Source: an uncultured Nitrososphaerota archaeon
GTDB taxonomy: Archaea > Asgardarchaeota > Njordarchaeia > Njordarchaeales > Njordarchaeaceae
DNA length: 42,335 nucleotides
Reading direction: 5' to 3'
NCBI GenBank assembly: GCA_964518475.1
Contig: CAZFGR010000015.1
Span: 1 to 42,335, forward strand
Below are positions 1 through 9,113 of this stretch, piece after piece (the first letter of the stretch is position 1; every line of letters starts with the position of its first letter). The position numbers and the translations under genes are program-made. The notes beneath the pieces are model-generated. The model searched no databases and had not been told where the DNA came from. It worked only from the letters and a program-made list of their open reading frames with translations.

Positions 1-1
1 T

Positions 2-88
2 CACGGGAATGTATATTACTTGGATAAAATAGAGCTTGACCCCACCGCAAAAGTAGAGGGAGAAACAATAAAGATCTCTGGAAACTAG
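2..88 (+). CDS. 3' end of a gene truncated by the window edge; possibly a bactofilin-like/beta-helical polymer-forming protein
   Basis: Frame 2 reads HGNVYYLDKIELDPTAKVEGETIKISGN-stop (TAG 86-88). The G.V.....I.L...A.VEG pattern resembles bactofilin-type repeats; only 28 aa are visible. Confidence 0.3.
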   Translation, partial: HGNVYYLDKIELDPTAKVEGETIKISGN

Positions 89-154
89 TACCCCTGAATT
101 TTGAGATTTGGTTCAAAACCATAGATGCGATTATTCAAGGAGTTTCAAATATTT

Positions 155-187
155 TTTAAATATACGTGTACTCACATAATTATGTGA
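155..187 (+). promoter_or_regulatory. TATA box plus perfect 16-bp palindromic operator upstream of the first antitoxin gene
   Basis: TTTAAATA at 155-162; TCACATAATTATGTGA at 172-187 is its own reverse complement; ATG at 194. Confidence 0.6.
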
Positions 188-193
188 AGCACT

Positions 194-481
194 ATGGTGA
201 TTAATATGCCTAACATTACATTATCTCTGCCCGAGGAATTATACAAAAAGATGAAGAAGTATCCTGAGATAAAGTGGAGTGTTGTGATTAGGAAGTACCT
301 TGAGGAGTATATTAGAAAGCTTGAATATGCTGAGGAGGCAAGAACGGAGGAGATCCTCCAGGATCTAAAACCACTCGAGAAGGAATTAAGAGAAATCAGT
401 GATGAGGCCGCAATAAGTTTCGCTATCGGGGCGGTGAGAAAGAGGTGGAGGAGAAGCTCTACGACACAAGTGTCCTCATAG
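194..481 (+). CDS. vapB: VapB-type antitoxin, ribbon-helix-helix/CopG-like
   Basis: N-terminal NITLSLPEELYKKMKKYPEIKWSVVIRKYL is RHH-like; overlaps the downstream PIN gene by 37 bp; start may be the second ATG (MPNITL). Confidence 0.75.
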   Translation: MVINMPNITLSLPEELYKKMKKYPEIKWSVVIRKYLEEYIRKLEYAEEARTEEILQDLKPLEKELREISDEAAISFAIGAVRKRWRRSSTTQVSS

Positions 482-783
482 ATCTCTGGAGTTCAAATAT
501 TAGAAGGTTAGAAGCCTATACAACAATATTCAACATAATTGAGTTCCCCAAGGCGTTACTTATTAAGAATCTAGTCGTGCTTTATCCTACTAGGGAAGAT
601 TTTAACGCAGCTATATTAATTGCGAAGGATTTGCTTAAGATAGGGAAACCAGTAGGTGCCATAGATATCGTGATAGCAAGCATAGCGTTAAGAAAAAACC
701 TAGCAATAGTTACGAGCGATTCGGATTTCAAATATATAAAGAAGGTTCGACCAGATCTCAAAATAGAGCTAAAACAGTTATGA
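445..783 (+). CDS. vapC: PIN-domain VapC toxin
   Basis: PIN acidic tetrad: YDTS, IIEF, AIDIVIA, TSDSDF. Confidence 0.9.
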   Translation: MEEKLYDTSVLIDLWSSNIRRLEAYTTIFNIIEFPKALLIKNLVVLYPTREDFNAAILIAKDLLKIGKPVGAIDIVIASIALRKNLAIVTSDSDFKYIKKVRPDLKIELKQL

Positions 784-1196
784 ACCTAGCATATTGAATA
801 AGTATTTTGAGCTTGAAGATACTTATTTTGTTAAGGAGATCTAATGCCAAGGAGACTAGTTTGGCAAATTAGAGTTTTAGAGAGGAGTAAATTAGGAGAT
901 TTTATAGGCGTATTCATCTTTAATGACTTTGAAGATTTTAAGTTATCTCCTTTCTCAGCCTAGCTTTCTAGTTAACGCCTTCTTCGTGACTTTGTGATAA
1001 TATCAAAAAGAACTAAAGCCGTGCAAACCTTCCAGTTAATCAGTATGTATGGAGAAGTGTGGAAAGAGAGTGATTGTCGAATAGTTATCTCTTTCTTAAT
1101 AATCCATAGTGATATGTATCTATAGCTATATTAATGAAATATTTATATATGCTTATGTCGCTATATTGATATTGTAGGGAAAGCATTCTGAGCCTG

Positions 1197-1412
1197 GTGT
1201 ATGAGATGTCAACAACTGTGTTGATTAAGAAGGATACTTTAAAACTTCTAGAGAAGGCAAAAAAGATCTTTGGAATGAAAACATATGATGAAGTGATTAG
1301 ATTAGCTGTCGAGAAACTATTTGATGTTCCAGAGGATATGTTCGGAGTAGATAAGGGAAAAATTAGTAGTTTTAAAGAAGAGGATAGATTGTTCATAGAT
1401 GAGGAAGAATGA
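1197..1412 (+). CDS. vapB: VapB-type antitoxin
   Basis: TTVLIKKDTLKLLEKAKK..GMKTYDEVIR pattern with acidic tail; 4-bp overlap with a PIN gene; TTTATATA at about 1142-1149. Confidence 0.75.
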   Translation: MYEMSTTVLIKKDTLKLLEKAKKIFGMKTYDEVIRLAVEKLFDVPEDMFGVDKGKISSFKEEDRLFIDEEE

Positions 1413-1837
1413 TAATTATAATGGATTCGTGGGCTTGGATCGAGTATTTCCTAGGTAGTGAATACGGCAAAGTCGTAAGAAAATACCTCTCCAGTAACCA
1501 GTATATCGTTACACCAAATATAGTTCTCCTAGAAATCGCAAGTAAATACACCCGAGAAGGATTTAGTAAAGAAGAAATTCTTAAGAGACTCATGTTCATA
1601 GTGAAGAAAAGCGATATCGCTGAATTCGATTACAAAATTGCCGCAGAAGCCGCAAAATGCATGATCGAATTACGCACCCACTCTAAAAAACTAGGAACCA
1701 AAAAGAAACCGGGAATAGCCGATGGCTTAATTCTCGCCATAGCAAGAAAAATTGGTGGAAAAATCCTTACAGGAGACGATCACTTTAAAGGTTTACCTGA
1801 GACAATATTTATCAAATCAAGCAACACCTCAGACTGA
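1409..1837 (+). CDS. vapC: PIN-domain VapC toxin
   Basis: MDSWAWIEY, LLEI, IADG, LTGDDHF motifs. Confidence 0.9.
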   Translation: MIIIMDSWAWIEYFLGSEYGKVVRKYLSSNQYIVTPNIVLLEIASKYTREGFSKEEILKRLMFIVKKSDIAEFDYKIAAEAAKCMIELRTHSKKLGTKKKPGIADGLILAIARKIGGKILTGDDHFKGLPETIFIKSSNTSD

Positions 1838-2104
1838 TGAAGAAGCTCGCCAAGGTTAAAGGCGAACTGTACTCCGAGATAGGTAGGAGAGGGAGAAGAC
1901 TCAGCTACGACCAATAATCATCGTAATAATCATATACAAGACCGTCTTGAACATCGGCTATTCAAGACTATAAAAATAGAAAAGAGCTAGGCTAAGAAAA
2001 GAGATAAATTTGAAAAGAATACCTATGATCGCTGTGGATTTAAATATCTGAGATCTTATAGTAATTAGTGTGGTGTTGCATCAGTTGTTTAAGAAGGGGA
2101 TATA

Positions 2105-2428
2105 TTGCTGTATCTAAAACTACGAGAAATCCTTTCTATTCTTGTAGATAGACTCAAAAAGCTGCCGGGGGTACAGGAAATTGTTCTGTTTGGATCTGTC
2201 GCAGAGGACAGGTATAGGCCAGATAGCGATGTCGATGTTTTGGTTATTCTTGATAAGGAAATAAGTAGGAAATTTTTCCATGATATTGCTGGAGATATTT
2301 ACATTAATTATGATATTCCTGTAACAATAATTCCGGTGACTATAGAGCGATTAAGAGAAGGTAAGGATCCTTGGCTTCGGAGAATTGTTGAGGAAGGGAA
2401 GGTTTTATGGAGAAGAAAGATAGAATAG
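2105..2428 (+). CDS. Minimal nucleotidyltransferase (MNT antitoxin)
   Basis: LFGSVA...SDVDVLV (GS..DxD) motif; 107 aa; directly upstream of a HEPN reading frame. Confidence 0.9.
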   Translation: MLYLKLREILSILVDRLKKLPGVQEIVLFGSVAEDRYRPDSDVDVLVILDKEISRKFFHDIAGDIYINYDIPVTIIPVTIERLREGKDPWLRRIVEEGKVLWRRKIE

Positions 2429-2808
2429 AAGTGGCTAGGGTAATGATTAAAAAGCCAAGGATAAGCTAGAGAGTGCGTGGATCCTATTCCGGAATTCTAA
2501 GTTCGAGGATGCAGTTAGTAGAGCATACTATGCCGTGTTTTTCGCTGCTTCTGCCGTATTATACTTGCTAGGTGAAGTACCAAAATCTCATGACGGACTA
2601 ATACATTTATTCGGCTTGAAAGTAGTTAAGGAAGGATTAGTGGATAAGAAATATGGCCGGATACTAAGTAGGTTAAGGGAGGCCAGGGAGAGCAGCGATT
2701 ACAGCCTATACACCTTCTTTGAATAAGGAAGAAGTCCTTTCCCTACTAAACGATGCAGAAGCATTCATTAAGAAGATGGAACAGCTAATAAACTCAATGG
2801 ATTCGTGA
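2407..2808 (+). pseudogene. HEPN-domain protein broken by two frameshifts
   Basis: ATG 2407 gives MEKKDRIEVARVMIKK. Adding one A to the A5 run (2449-2453) continues AKDKLESAWILF..DAVSRAYYAVF..SHDG..RESSDY. Removing one base near 2721 continues KEEVLSLLNDAEAFIKKMEQLINSMDS-TGA(2808). Confidence 0.8.
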
Positions 2809-2917
2809 CGATTTTTTAAAAATGCCTTCTCTGGTATTTCTAATGAATTATTCAAATATACAAGTGACCCAGAAATAGACGTCTAGACAAGGAAATTGAA
2901 GAATTCCAGGGGACATT

Positions 2918-3253
2918 TCAGAGCGGTTCTAAATCGTTTCGATCCTCTGGTTCCTTCTTAGACGGCTCCTCCTTGATCAGTATTTTTCCTAAATCAGCAT
3001 AAAGGACGAACCTTTTCTCTCCTTTCTCGATGATTACTCGGTCAACGCTTGCTGTATCCCCTCGCATATGGAGGTTCTCGACACCTACCACAATTCCTCC
3101 GATGATGCTAGGCTCTTTCCTTTTCTCCTTTATCTGGTGGTACTCGTATAATCGTTGCGTTATCATAATCCACACAAAGAAACTTATTAGTGCAAAGAAG
3201 GAACCAATAATGAAAAATGCTATGACATCATAGTGAACCATGATGATCACCAA
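2918..3253 (-). CDS. Small single-pass membrane protein, unknown function
   Basis: N-terminal hydrophobic helix (VIAFFIIGSFFALISFFVWIMI) then a short beta-rich soluble part; GGTGA near the start. Confidence 0.55.
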   Translation of the reverse strand: MVIIMVHYDVIAFFIIGSFFALISFFVWIMITQRLYEYHQIKEKRKEPSIIGGIVVGVENLHMRGDTASVDRVIIEKGEKRFVLYADLGKILIKEEPSKKEPEDRNDLEPL

Positions 3254-3395
3254 GAAGAAAATTCCAATAGTAAGAATTTAGCGTAAATCAAATTATAATA
3301 TTAACTATTGTACAATATCAATTAATAATCAAATGATAAAAGAAGTCAAAAAAATGATATCGAATTGAAAAAAACTTCAGATAAGGGAAATGAGG

Positions 3396-4262
3396 TTATT
3401 TTATGATTATTTCATCTCCGGTGTGTAGTTCTAAGTATTTTTCTTGTTTTGTAGTCGCTATTTTTGAGATAAATTCTGTTCCTGAGCAATGCATTGGGGC
3501 TATTTTCTCTATCTCTAGTTCGTTAATGATCTCTAGAGTCTTATTTATTCTTATCCTATCCGCGTTTATTAGGTGAAAACCGCCTATTGCAAGTTTTATT
3601 CTATTTTGTTTAGAGATTTTTGTTGCGTAGTTTATCATGTTTATTATCCCACTATGGCCGCAACCACTGAGAATTATGACTCCGTTGGGCATTTTAATAA
3701 CGACTCCCTGATCATCTAACATCTCGTCCTTTTCCACGTTTCCGTTCCTGACAATATAGAATCCGCTAATTATTTCGAAATCTGTTTCTCTCGGTATTTC
3801 TCCTAGAACATATATGTTAGGCGCGATTTCTAATGGTTTTCTATTCTTTATAATGATTCCTCCTGCTTTCTCTATTTCTTCTCTACGAAATGGTATACCG
3901 TTGTACCTTATCTTGGGTTTCAGCACGAGCTTTTTTAGCAGTGCGTCTGGGTGCAGAATTATGGGAGTTCTCCTCCCGATTAGCTCTAGAGCTTTTAAGA
4001 GTCCCCCAGTATGGTCGTAGTGACCATGACTAATAACTATAGCGTTTACGTCTCTCAGAGTTTTTCCTAATGCCTTTACATTATTTTCGAGAATGTTAGG
4101 ATCGCTTCCAGTATCGAAAAGGAAAACGAATTGTGAAGAGTCTTCATAGCGGACATGAACCATTAGTGAGAGACCGTGTGCTGCAATTATACCAGGTCTA
4201 TATGTCGAGTTCTCAAATAAGACAGAGAGCTTAACGTGCGAAATCTCCAAATCCATCACCAT
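3396..4262 (-). CDS. Metallo-beta-lactamase-fold hydrolase (MJ0301-like subfamily)
   Basis: AHGLS, FDTG, SHGHYDHTGG, GCGHSG, GGFHL, PMHCSG motifs. Confidence 0.88.
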   Translation of the reverse strand: MVMDLEISHVKLSVLFENSTYRPGIIAAHGLSLMVHVRYEDSSQFVFLFDTGSDPNILENNVKALGKTLRDVNAIVISHGHYDHTGGLLKALELIGRRTPIILHPDALLKKLVLKPKIRYNGIPFRREEIEKAGGIIIKNRKPLEIAPNIYVLGEIPRETDFEIISGFYIVRNGNVEKDEMLDDQGVVIKMPNGVIILSGCGHSGIINMINYATKISKQNRIKLAIGGFHLINADRIRINKTLEIINELEIEKIAPMHCSGTEFISKIATTKQEKYLELHTGDEIIIK

Positions 4263-4378
4263 AAAACTAGTTAAGGAGCTCTAATTCACTTAAACGTCAT
4301 TAACTTTTCAAAAGTTTGTCGTAGCCGTAATAGTGAGAAGAAGGAGAGTAGAAGTATTCTGATACACTATAGGGATTA

Positions 4379-4954
4379 TTATTCTTCTTCGAAGCAATAG
4401 AGAACAAATTCTTTATATGTTTTCTCTTTTTTCCCTCCCATGCCTTCATAGAATGCTACCGCCTCTAAGTTTGGAAACGTAACAACACAGGGCTTTTTCC
4501 CAAGCTCTCTTAGTCGTTGTACGGCTCTTCTGAACAATGTTTTTCCGATTCCCCTTCCTCTATACGCTGGATCTACTGCAAAGAGTTCTATAAAACCCAC
4601 ATCGTTCCTCGCAAGGTACTCCTCTGGTATCCAAGGAATCTTCTTTCCCTTTAAGTTATGGTTAAGCGCTATTATTCCGACAAGCTTCTTTTCAATAAAG
4701 GCAAGGAATATTTCATCAAGCTCCTGGATTAGTCTCCATTTCAGAAACGGTCCATATTTCTTCTTGAAATCGTCTAGGAAATCTTCTCTTGTTGGGTCTG
4801 GTTTTTCCTCTGGGGGAAGCCATTCCATCGCGGGGTATTTACGGTTTGTTGAGACGTAAATCCTAGCCATGAACATTAGTAATTCTTCGTAAAGATCAAG
4901 GAATTCATTTTTATCTAGTAGATGTTTTATCACGAGATTTTCCAACTTCTTCAC
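4379..4954 (-). CDS. GNAT-family N-acetyltransferase
   Basis: Motif A FAVDPAYRGRGIGKTL and AVAFYEGMGG. Confidence 0.88.
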   Translation of the reverse strand: MKKLENLVIKHLLDKNEFLDLYEELLMFMARIYVSTNRKYPAMEWLPPEEKPDPTREDFLDDFKKKYGPFLKWRLIQELDEIFLAFIEKKLVGIIALNHNLKGKKIPWIPEEYLARNDVGFIELFAVDPAYRGRGIGKTLFRRAVQRLRELGKKPCVVTFPNLEAVAFYEGMGGKKEKTYKEFVLYCFEEE

Positions 4955-5130
4955 CCTAAACAGAGATCCCCCATAACTATATTTGCTTTTCCTCAGACTG
5001 GTTTCATACTTAGATTTCTCAAAATCGGATTATGCAAGTATAGTGATTAGATATTTATCCGTGGTATTCTAAACTCACCATATTGAAACCCCGTTGCATC
5101 TTTTTGTAACATTTTGGAAGGGTTGCTACC

Positions 5131-6189
5131 TTGGTTAGGAATTTTTACAAAATCAGCGAAGAAAATCTATATATTTTACTGGATAGATTAGGAAAAGAGT
5201 ATAAAATAGTAGGACCAGTAAAGCGTGACGACGCCATTTTCTTCGAATATGTTAACGATGCTTCAGAGCTAGTGCTACGTTACAATGGGAGATCTTTATT
5301 GCCTATAAAGAAGTTTTTTCTACCCCCGAGAGAGATCCTATTCGAGTACGAAATCATAGATAACGATGTAGTTATTCGAGACAAACTAGAGGAGCTTCAA
5401 AAAAGTAGGACAGTGATCTTCGGTGCAAGGGCTTGTGATATAACGAGTCTAGAAATATTGAAAAAGACTTTTAGCAAAGATTTCGAGGATCCCTACGTTC
5501 TCACCAGGACAAGAACAACGATCATCATCGGAGTCATGTGTGAGGATGTTTCCCCTACATGCTTCTGTTATCAAGCGGGCAGCGGGCCGGTTCCTAAAGA
5601 ATCATTTGATATTTTCCTTTATAGGCTTGGGGATCACTACCTCGTTCAAGTAGGAAGTGAAAAAGGCGAAGAGATAGTATCAAGTAACGCTGATCTTTTC
5701 TCTAAAGCATCTCCAGAAGATATCTCTAAGAAAGATATTATGGCTGAGAAATTAATCGAGAAAATGAAGAAGCTGGATATTCCAGAGCTCCAATCCCTAT
5801 ACAGTACTCTCACGAGTATTTACGAAGCTACACTATGGGACGAGTATGCCAAGAAATGCCTGTCTTGCGGGAAATGTAATTTTGCATGCCCAACTTGTTA
5901 CTGCTTCGACATTCACGATGAGGTAGACCTTGGTCTTAGATACGGGGCAAGGATTAGAGAATGGGACTCGTGTCACTTCCTCAGCTTCACTAGAGTAGCT
6001 AGTGGGGAAGTATTTCGGAAGGACAGAAGCTCCAGAATCAAGCAAAGAATCTATCACAAACTCGTCTATTCGGTAAACGATATAGGCATAACCTCCTGTG
6101 TCGGTTGCGGAAGATGCATAGAAGTCTGCCCCGCATCCATAGATCTTAGAGAAATTATAAAGAGAGTTATGGAGGAGAGAGGGATATGA
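5131..6189 (+). CDS. hydB: Group 3b [NiFe] hydrogenase (sulfhydrogenase) beta subunit, 4Fe-4S
   Basis: GARACD, CFC, CLSCGKCNFACPTCYC, WDSC, CVGCGRCIEVCP motifs. Confidence 0.9.
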   Translation: MVRNFYKISEENLYILLDRLGKEYKIVGPVKRDDAIFFEYVNDASELVLRYNGRSLLPIKKFFLPPREILFEYEIIDNDVVIRDKLEELQKSRTVIFGARACDITSLEILKKTFSKDFEDPYVLTRTRTTIIIGVMCEDVSPTCFCYQAGSGPVPKESFDIFLYRLGDHYLVQVGSEKGEEIVSSNADLFSKASPEDISKKDIMAEKLIEKMKKLDIPELQSLYSTLTSIYEATLWDEYAKKCLSCGKCNFACPTCYCFDIHDEVDLGLRYGARIREWDSCHFLSFTRVASGEVFRKDRSSRIKQRIYHKLVYSVNDIGITSCVGCGRCIEVCPASIDLREIIKRVMEERGI

Positions 6190-7013
6190 AGAACGTGTAT
6201 ATTCCCCAGAAAGCAGTGATAGAAAATATCAGAGAAGAGGCACCAGATACACGAACCTTCAGAATAAAACTAGTTTCAAAAACAAGCAAGTTCCATTTCT
6301 TACCCGGACAATTCATAGAATTAACCGTTTTTGGCTACGGAGAAGCTCCCTTCTCTATCTCTGGTAAGGCGGTAAACAATTCTTTTGAAATAACAGTTAG
6401 AGAAATCGGAACGGTGACTAGGGCTCTTTTTAGGAAAAATATTGGAGATATTATAGGAATAAGAGGGCCCTTCGGAAGAGGATGGCCTCTCGAGACCTTG
6501 ACTGGGAAAAACGTATTAATAATAGCTGGGGGACTAGGCCTAGCGCCTCTAAGAGCACTGATTCAACATATAATAGAGAATAGATCCTCCTTCGGGGAAG
6601 TAATCCTCTTGTACGGGGCTAGAACTCCTCAACACATATTGTACAAGAATGAAATTCCTGAGTGGCAAGACCATATCGAGGTACACCTAACAGTGGATAA
6701 GGGAGATTCCACATGGCGTGGAAAAGTTGGGGTAGTGACCGTGCTACTAGATGATGTGAGAATCGATCCACAGGATACCATAGCCCTACAATGCGGCCCA
6801 CCAATAATGATGCATTTCGTGTCAAAGAAACTGAAACAACTCGGTTTCCCAGATGAGAATATTTATCTCTCATTGGAGAGACTGATGAAGTGCGGTATGG
6901 GTTTCTGCGGAAAATGCACAATTAGCGGCACCTATGTCTGTCTTCGAGGACCCGTCTTCTGCTACAGCGAGATTCGTGGATTTATAGAGAAAATACCAGA
7001 AGCGGGAGTGTGA
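6186..7013 (+). CDS. hydG: Group 3b hydrogenase gamma subunit, FAD/NAD(P)-binding with 2Fe-2S
   Basis: PGQF, GEAPFSIS, RGPFG, AGGLGLAP, CGPP, MKCGMGFCGKC..C. Confidence 0.9.
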   Translation: MKNVYIPQKAVIENIREEAPDTRTFRIKLVSKTSKFHFLPGQFIELTVFGYGEAPFSISGKAVNNSFEITVREIGTVTRALFRKNIGDIIGIRGPFGRGWPLETLTGKNVLIIAGGLGLAPLRALIQHIIENRSSFGEVILLYGARTPQHILYKNEIPEWQDHIEVHLTVDKGDSTWRGKVGVVTVLLDDVRIDPQDTIALQCGPPIMMHFVSKKLKQLGFPDENIYLSLERLMKCGMGFCGKCTISGTYVCLRGPVFCYSEIRGFIEKIPEAGV

Positions 7014-7711
7014 AGGATATGAGAACGTTTAGAATTGGTATCTACTGCTTATCGTCCTGCGAAGGATGTGTAGTCCAGATACTGAATCTTGAAGAAAAGA
7101 TACTTGAACTACTTAACTATGCAGAAATCGTCGATTGTAGAGTGCTGGGAATTCAAAAAAACGAGAAAGTTGACGTAGCTTTAGTAGAGGGCTTTGTATC
7201 AAATGATGAGGAAGAAGAAAAACTGCGTAAAATTAGGGAAAAAGCAGAAATACTTATAGCGTTGGGGGATTGCGCGTGTTCAGGGGGAAGATTCCTAATC
7301 AAAGACTTCAACAACTCAGGAATAAGAGCAGATCCCATCGACAAAATTGTTAAAGTTAATTATTACTTATGGGGATGCCCAATAGATAAGGAAGAATTCT
7401 TACACTTACTAAAGGATGTACTTCACGGAAAAAAGCCAAGAGAAGTAAGTAAGACAGTATGTTCAGAATGTATTCTCTATGAAAGAGAATGTCTGCTTGA
7501 TAAAGGTATCCTCTGCTTAGGACCCATTACAAGAGGCGGCTGCCATGCTCTCTGTATCCAAAATGGCAGGAACTGCTTCGGTTGCAGAGGCCTAAGCGAT
7601 GATGCCAACATCGAGGCCTTTATAGAGATTCTACGCGAGAAAGGGATCACCCCACCAGAATACTTATTCAAAATGATGGAGTTGAGGAGGTATGAGAGGG
7701 AAAACCGTTAA
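7010..7711 (+). CDS. hydD: Group 3b hydrogenase small (delta) subunit
   Basis: CEGC, VEG, GDCACSGG, GCP, and distal CSEC..CLGP.TRGGC.ALC..CFGCRG. Confidence 0.9.
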   Translation: MKDMRTFRIGIYCLSSCEGCVVQILNLEEKILELLNYAEIVDCRVLGIQKNEKVDVALVEGFVSNDEEEEKLRKIREKAEILIALGDCACSGGRFLIKDFNNSGIRADPIDKIVKVNYYLWGCPIDKEEFLHLLKDVLHGKKPREVSKTVCSECILYERECLLDKGILCLGPITRGGCHALCIQNGRNCFGCRGLSDDANIEAFIEILREKGITPPEYLFKMMELRRYERENR

Positions 7712-8981
7712 GGCTAAAGAAATCACGAGAATTGAGGGACATCTCGACCTAGAAGTAATAATCTCGGAAGACAAGGTAAGGGCTAAAGCAATGGCTAGAG
7801 AAGGTACCAGAATCCTAGAAAAAGTACTCATAGGTAGGGACTATTGGGAGATTCCAGAAATTGCCTCTAGAATGTGTGGAGTTTGCAATGCCATTCACAA
7901 GGTAACAGCTGTTATGGCTATAGAAAACGCTTTGGGCATAGAGCCATCCCCAGATATACAGCTCATCCGCGAATTAATAGTTATTGGAGGGCATATACAG
8001 AGCCATATTCTGCATTTGTTCTACTTCGTACTTCCAGACTACTTGGGAACCAGTAGTATAATTAATAATATTATGAGGAATAATTTAGAAATAGTCCGCG
8101 ATGCTATGCGTGTAAAGAAGTGGGCAAATGAACTTGTCGAGAGATTCGGAGGGAGGGCTGTTCATCCCGTTACTCCTGTGGTTGGTGGGTTGAGCAAGTT
8201 ACCTACTCGTGAAGATGTTCTCAAGGTGCTTAAAAAGCTAAAAGATGTTAAAAATGTTGCTAATAGGCTCGTTGAATGCTTGTTAGAGAGGAGTTTTCTC
8301 GATTTTCCAGCCGAGAAAAACTTTGTATCTCTTAGAGAAAGCAACGATGTGCCATTACTTCGTGGCTTTGTAAGCATTTGTGGTGAGAATGTGGTTTCTG
8401 AGAATTATCTTAGTTATGTAAAGTGTGTTATTGAGGAATACTCTACAGCACCGCACTTCGTTCTACGGACCAATGAATCATTTATGGTGGGGGCTCTAGC
8501 GAGACTGAATCATAATCATGAAAACTTGACGGAGTTAGTGAAAGAGCTGTGCGCGAGATACAATATTGGATTCCCGAACCAAGCTGTTTTCGCAAATAAC
8601 CAGGCACAAGCTTTAGAAATTATGCACTTTATCGAGAAGGCAGAAGAAATCCTGACTAGATTTGCAGAGAAGAATAGTATTGGGGCATATTCAAGAAGTG
8701 TAGAGGGAAAACAAATCGGTATCGCTGTCACTGAGGCACCCAGAGGATTACTAATCCATCAATACGGTATCAACGAAGAAGGAAAAATAACTCTAGCTAA
8801 TATAATTACCCCAACAGCTCAGAATCTCAAAAGCATTGAAAGAAGGACTGAAGATCTCGTTAAAGAATTCCTAACCAAGGGAATAGATATAGAAAATCTA
8901 AGAAAAGAAATTGAAAAACTTGTCAGATCCTACGATCCATGCCTATCATGCGCTGCACGATTTAAGAAAATACAGCAATAG
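7692..8981 (+). CDS. hydA: Group 3b [NiFe] hydrogenase large (alpha) subunit
   Basis: TRIEGH, L1 RMCGVCNAIH, GGRAVHP, EAPRG, L2 DPCLSCAAR plus 6-aa extension. Confidence 0.92.
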   Translation: MRGKTVKAKEITRIEGHLDLEVIISEDKVRAKAMAREGTRILEKVLIGRDYWEIPEIASRMCGVCNAIHKVTAVMAIENALGIEPSPDIQLIRELIVIGGHIQSHILHLFYFVLPDYLGTSSIINNIMRNNLEIVRDAMRVKKWANELVERFGGRAVHPVTPVVGGLSKLPTREDVLKVLKKLKDVKNVANRLVECLLERSFLDFPAEKNFVSLRESNDVPLLRGFVSICGENVVSENYLSYVKCVIEEYSTAPHFVLRTNESFMVGALARLNHNHENLTELVKELCARYNIGFPNQAVFANNQAQALEIMHFIEKAEEILTRFAEKNSIGAYSRSVEGKQIGIAVTEAPRGLLIHQYGINEEGKITLANIITPTAQNLKSIERRTEDLVKEFLTKGIDIENLRKEIEKLVRSYDPCLSCAARFKKIQQ

Positions 8982-9113
8982 ACATAAAAATTTGCACATT
9001 TTTTCCAACACTTTTCTCCATAAGATGCTTCTGTATCAATAGTTTTGAGTATTTAGTACTTCCTTATGGATGCATGACCTTGCCAACTTCATAGTGTCTC
9101 GGAGGGATAAGTA

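Noticed and set aside
1834-1878. Possible C/D-box sRNA (CTGATGA...CCGA)
   Set aside because: Short, with poor internal D'/C' boxes; TGATG is explained by a stop/start overlap.
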